This document shows positions 58,658 through 64,000 of a DNA stretch of 64,000 bases, piece after piece; the first letter of the stretch is position 1, and the number at the start of each line of letters is the position of its first letter. The notes beneath the pieces were generated by a model that saw only the letters and a program-made list of their open reading frames with translations, was not told the DNA's origin and made no database searches. The stretch lies in contig CAWBNQ010000011.1 in assembly GCA_963790205.1 (NCBI GenBank), positions 1 to 64,000 of the forward strand, given 5' to 3'. This stretch comes from Nitrospirota bacterium. Its GTDB lineage: Bacteria > Nitrospirota > UBA9217. Both the position numbers and the translations under genes were made by a program.

Positions 58658-59563
58658 ATGGTTTTAGTGCTTTCAAAAGAAGAACTTGATGGGCGGATCG
58701 AGGCTGCCTACCTGCTCCTCGAATCCTGCCGCGTCTGCCCGCGCGAATGCGGGGTCAACCGGCTGAAGAACGATAAGCTCGGTTTCTGCAGGTCGGGTCT
58801 GAACCCGGTCATATCCAGCGTGAGCCCGCATCACGGCGAGGAGCCGCCGCTTTCCGGGATCAAAGGCTCGGGTACGATATTTTTTACCAACTGCAATCTC
58901 CGGTGCGTATACTGCCAGAACTATCCCATCAGCCAGATGGGGACTGGCGCGGAACGGACGACCGGAGAGCTTGCCTGCCAGATGCTTTGGCTGCAGGAAC
59001 AGGGCTGCCATAACCTGAACCTCGTAACGCCTACGCACTTCATGCCGCAGATTCTGAAGGCGCTCGGCATTGCCAGGGAACGGGGTTTCAATCTCCCCAT
59101 TGTATACAACACGAGCGGATATGAATCGATAGAATCGCTCAGGCTGCTCGACGGGATCGTGGACATCTATCTCCCGGACATGCGGTACTCGGATGGCCGG
59201 ATCTCATTGAGATATTCGATCGCGCCGCATTATCCCGAGATCAATTGCGCAGCGATCAAGGAAATGTACCGGCAGGTCGGCAATCTCGTGATCGATGAGA
59301 ACGGGATCGCGAAGCGGGGACTCATCGTACGGCACCTGATTTTGCCCGGCGGGTTGTCCGGCACCGAGAAGATCATGAAGTTCCTCGCAGAGGAAATCTC
59401 GAAAGACGTGTATATCAGCCTCATGTCCCAGTACTTTCCGGCATATAAGGCGGGGGAGCATGGCGAGCTCAACCGCCGCATTACCGAGAAAGAATATGAT
59501 GCGGCTTATGACATTAAGATGAAATATGGATTGAAGAACGGCTGGGTGCAGGAGTTTGAGTAA
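58658..59563 (+). CDS. PflX-like radical SAM protein
   Basis: CRVCPRECGVNR, HHGEEPP..GSGTIFFTNCNLRCVYCQN, DIYLPD, LIVRHLILP, MSQY. Confidence 0.9.
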   Translation: MVLVLSKEELDGRIEAAYLLLESCRVCPRECGVNRLKNDKLGFCRSGLNPVISSVSPHHGEEPPLSGIKGSGTIFFTNCNLRCVYCQNYPISQMGTGAERTTGELACQMLWLQEQGCHNLNLVTPTHFMPQILKALGIARERGFNLPIVYNTSGYESIESLRLLDGIVDIYLPDMRYSDGRISLRYSIAPHYPEINCAAIKEMYRQVGNLVIDENGIAKRGLIVRHLILPGGLSGTEKIMKFLAEEISKDVYISLMSQYFPAYKAGEHGELNRRITEKEYDAAYDIKMKYGLKNGWVQEFE

Positions 59564-59602
59564 GTTCGGAGTTCGGAGTCCAGAGTTCGAAGTTCAGAGT
59601 TG
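59562..59602 (+). repeat. Heptamer tandem repeat (GGAGTTC family)
   Basis: AAGTTC GGAGTTC GGAGTCC AGAGTTC GAAGTTC AGAGTTG. Confidence 0.85.
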
Positions 59603-59614
59603 AGGAAGGGATAG

Positions 59615-62904
<3,290 letters not shown>

Positions 62905-62908
<4 letters not shown>

Positions 62909-63387
62909 CGCAGAAGATCCCGATGACCAAAGAAGGCTATGAAAAGCTCAAGCAGGAGCTTGACCGCATCATCAAGGTCGAGCGGCCCAAGAACATCAGG
63001 GACATCGAAGAGGCCCGCGCGCACGGCGACCTGTCGGAGAACGCGGAATTTCACGCTGCCAAGGAAAAGCAGGGCCATCTCGACGCCAAGAAACGCGAAC
63101 TGCAGAACAAGCTTGCCAATGCCCAGATCATCGACGTCTCGAAGCTTACGAACGAGAAAGTGGTGTTCGGCGCAACGGTGACGCTCGCGGACACCGAATC
63201 CGGGGACGTCAAAAAGTATACGCTCGTGGGCCAGGAAGAGGCGGACTTTAAAAAGGGGAAGATCTCGATACAGTCTCCGGTGGGCAAGGCGCTCATCGGT
63301 CACAAGGTCGGCGACGTCGTGACGATCAAGACGCCCGTAAAGACCGTGGAATACGAAATTCAGGAGATCGCGATTGCCTTCGAGTAG
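62905..63387 (+). CDS. greA: Transcription elongation factor GreA
   Basis: [26 protein letters not shown]. Confidence 0.97.
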
Positions 63388-64000
63388 GCTGCACACGGCA
63401 AAAATACTGTCACACCTGCCCGCAGGCAGAGGGTTCTACCGCCTTGTTCTCAAGGCCCCGGAAACGGCCGCTGCCGCGCTTCCGGGCCAGTTCGTCATGC
63501 TCAGGGTATCGGAGAACCTGGACCCGCTCCTTGCCCGTCCCTTCGGCATCTCATCCGTTCCCTCAAGATCATCCATCGAAATAATCTATCGCGTTGTCGG
63601 CAGAGGGACCGCTCTGCTTACGCGTAGGTCGGCGGGACAAGAGCTGAGCGTGCTCGGTCCGCTCGGGAAGGGTTTTCCCATGCCGGGTAAAGACACGACG
63701 CCGGTCCTCGTGGGCGGCGGAAGCGGTTTTCCCCCGCTCCACTTTCTCGCGCAGCGCGCCGGCTCGCGCGCCCATTTCTTCATCGGCTCAAGAAATAAGG
63801 AATGTCTTCCGCCCGCAAGCATCATAAAAAGCTTCAGGGATGTCACTTTCAGGGTGCATATCGCGACCGAAGACGGGAGTACGGGCGTTCGCGGGATGTC
63901 TACCGACATCCTGAATGCATTTTTGTCGAAGACGGAGAACAAGACCCGTCTGGCGATCTATGTCTGCGGACCCCATGCCATGCTCGCGGCAGTGAGCAGG
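63374..64000 (+). CDS. pyrK: Dihydroorotate dehydrogenase electron-transfer subunit, partial
   Basis: Manual translation (absent from the ORF track): PGQFVML..DPLLARPFGIS, GPLGKGF, VGGGSGFPPL, IATEDGS, YVCGPHAML. TTG start after AGGAG; runs off the window. Confidence 0.9.
   Translation, partial: MPSSRLHTAKILSHLPAGRGFYRLVLKAPETAAAALPGQFVMLRVSENLDPLLARPFGISSVPSRSSIEIIYRVVGRGTALLTRRSAGQELSVLGPLGKGFPMPGKDTTPVLVGGGSGFPPLHFLAQRAGSRAHFFIGSRNKECLPPASIIKSFRDVTFRVHIATEDGSTGVRGMSTDILNAFLSKTENKTRLAIYVCGPHAMLAAVSR

Overview
GC-rich chromosomal window from a probably anaerobic Gram-negative bacterium; gene style suggests Nitrospirota or Desulfobacterota, which is inference only. Left to right: (1) a partial IS110-family transposase missing from the ORF track, and an AsrA/AsrB-like (sulfhydrogenase beta/gamma-like) gene pair; (2) a HEAT-repeat / HD-GYP / REC-PAS-GGDEF c-di-GMP operon; (3) a minus-strand ABC + LolA-like + beta-barrel transport operon, split by five accessory genes that include a frameshifted His-less kinase and a possible attC relic; (4) an iron-sulfur flavoprotein; (5) a ~35 kb, 31-gene co-oriented type II PKS/fatty-acid-like cluster (18635-53238); (6) a PyrR-attenuated pyrR-pyrB-pyrC-(phosphoesterase)-carA-(radical SAM)-carB-greA-pyrK operon. 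The cluster is the best candidate for an undescribed system. It has an aryl-polyene-type core plus 3 intact KS, 2 CLF-like KS, 3 ACPs, 2 adenylating ligases and 7 radical SAM enzymes (4 B12-binding type, 1 HemN-like, 2 fusions), and probably makes a heavily radical-modified outer-membrane (glyco)lipid. Also notable are several families of heptamer tandem repeats and long imperfect palindromes at gene junctions; one heptamer array is inserted in frame inside carB. All calls come from motif recognition by eye; no searches were run.
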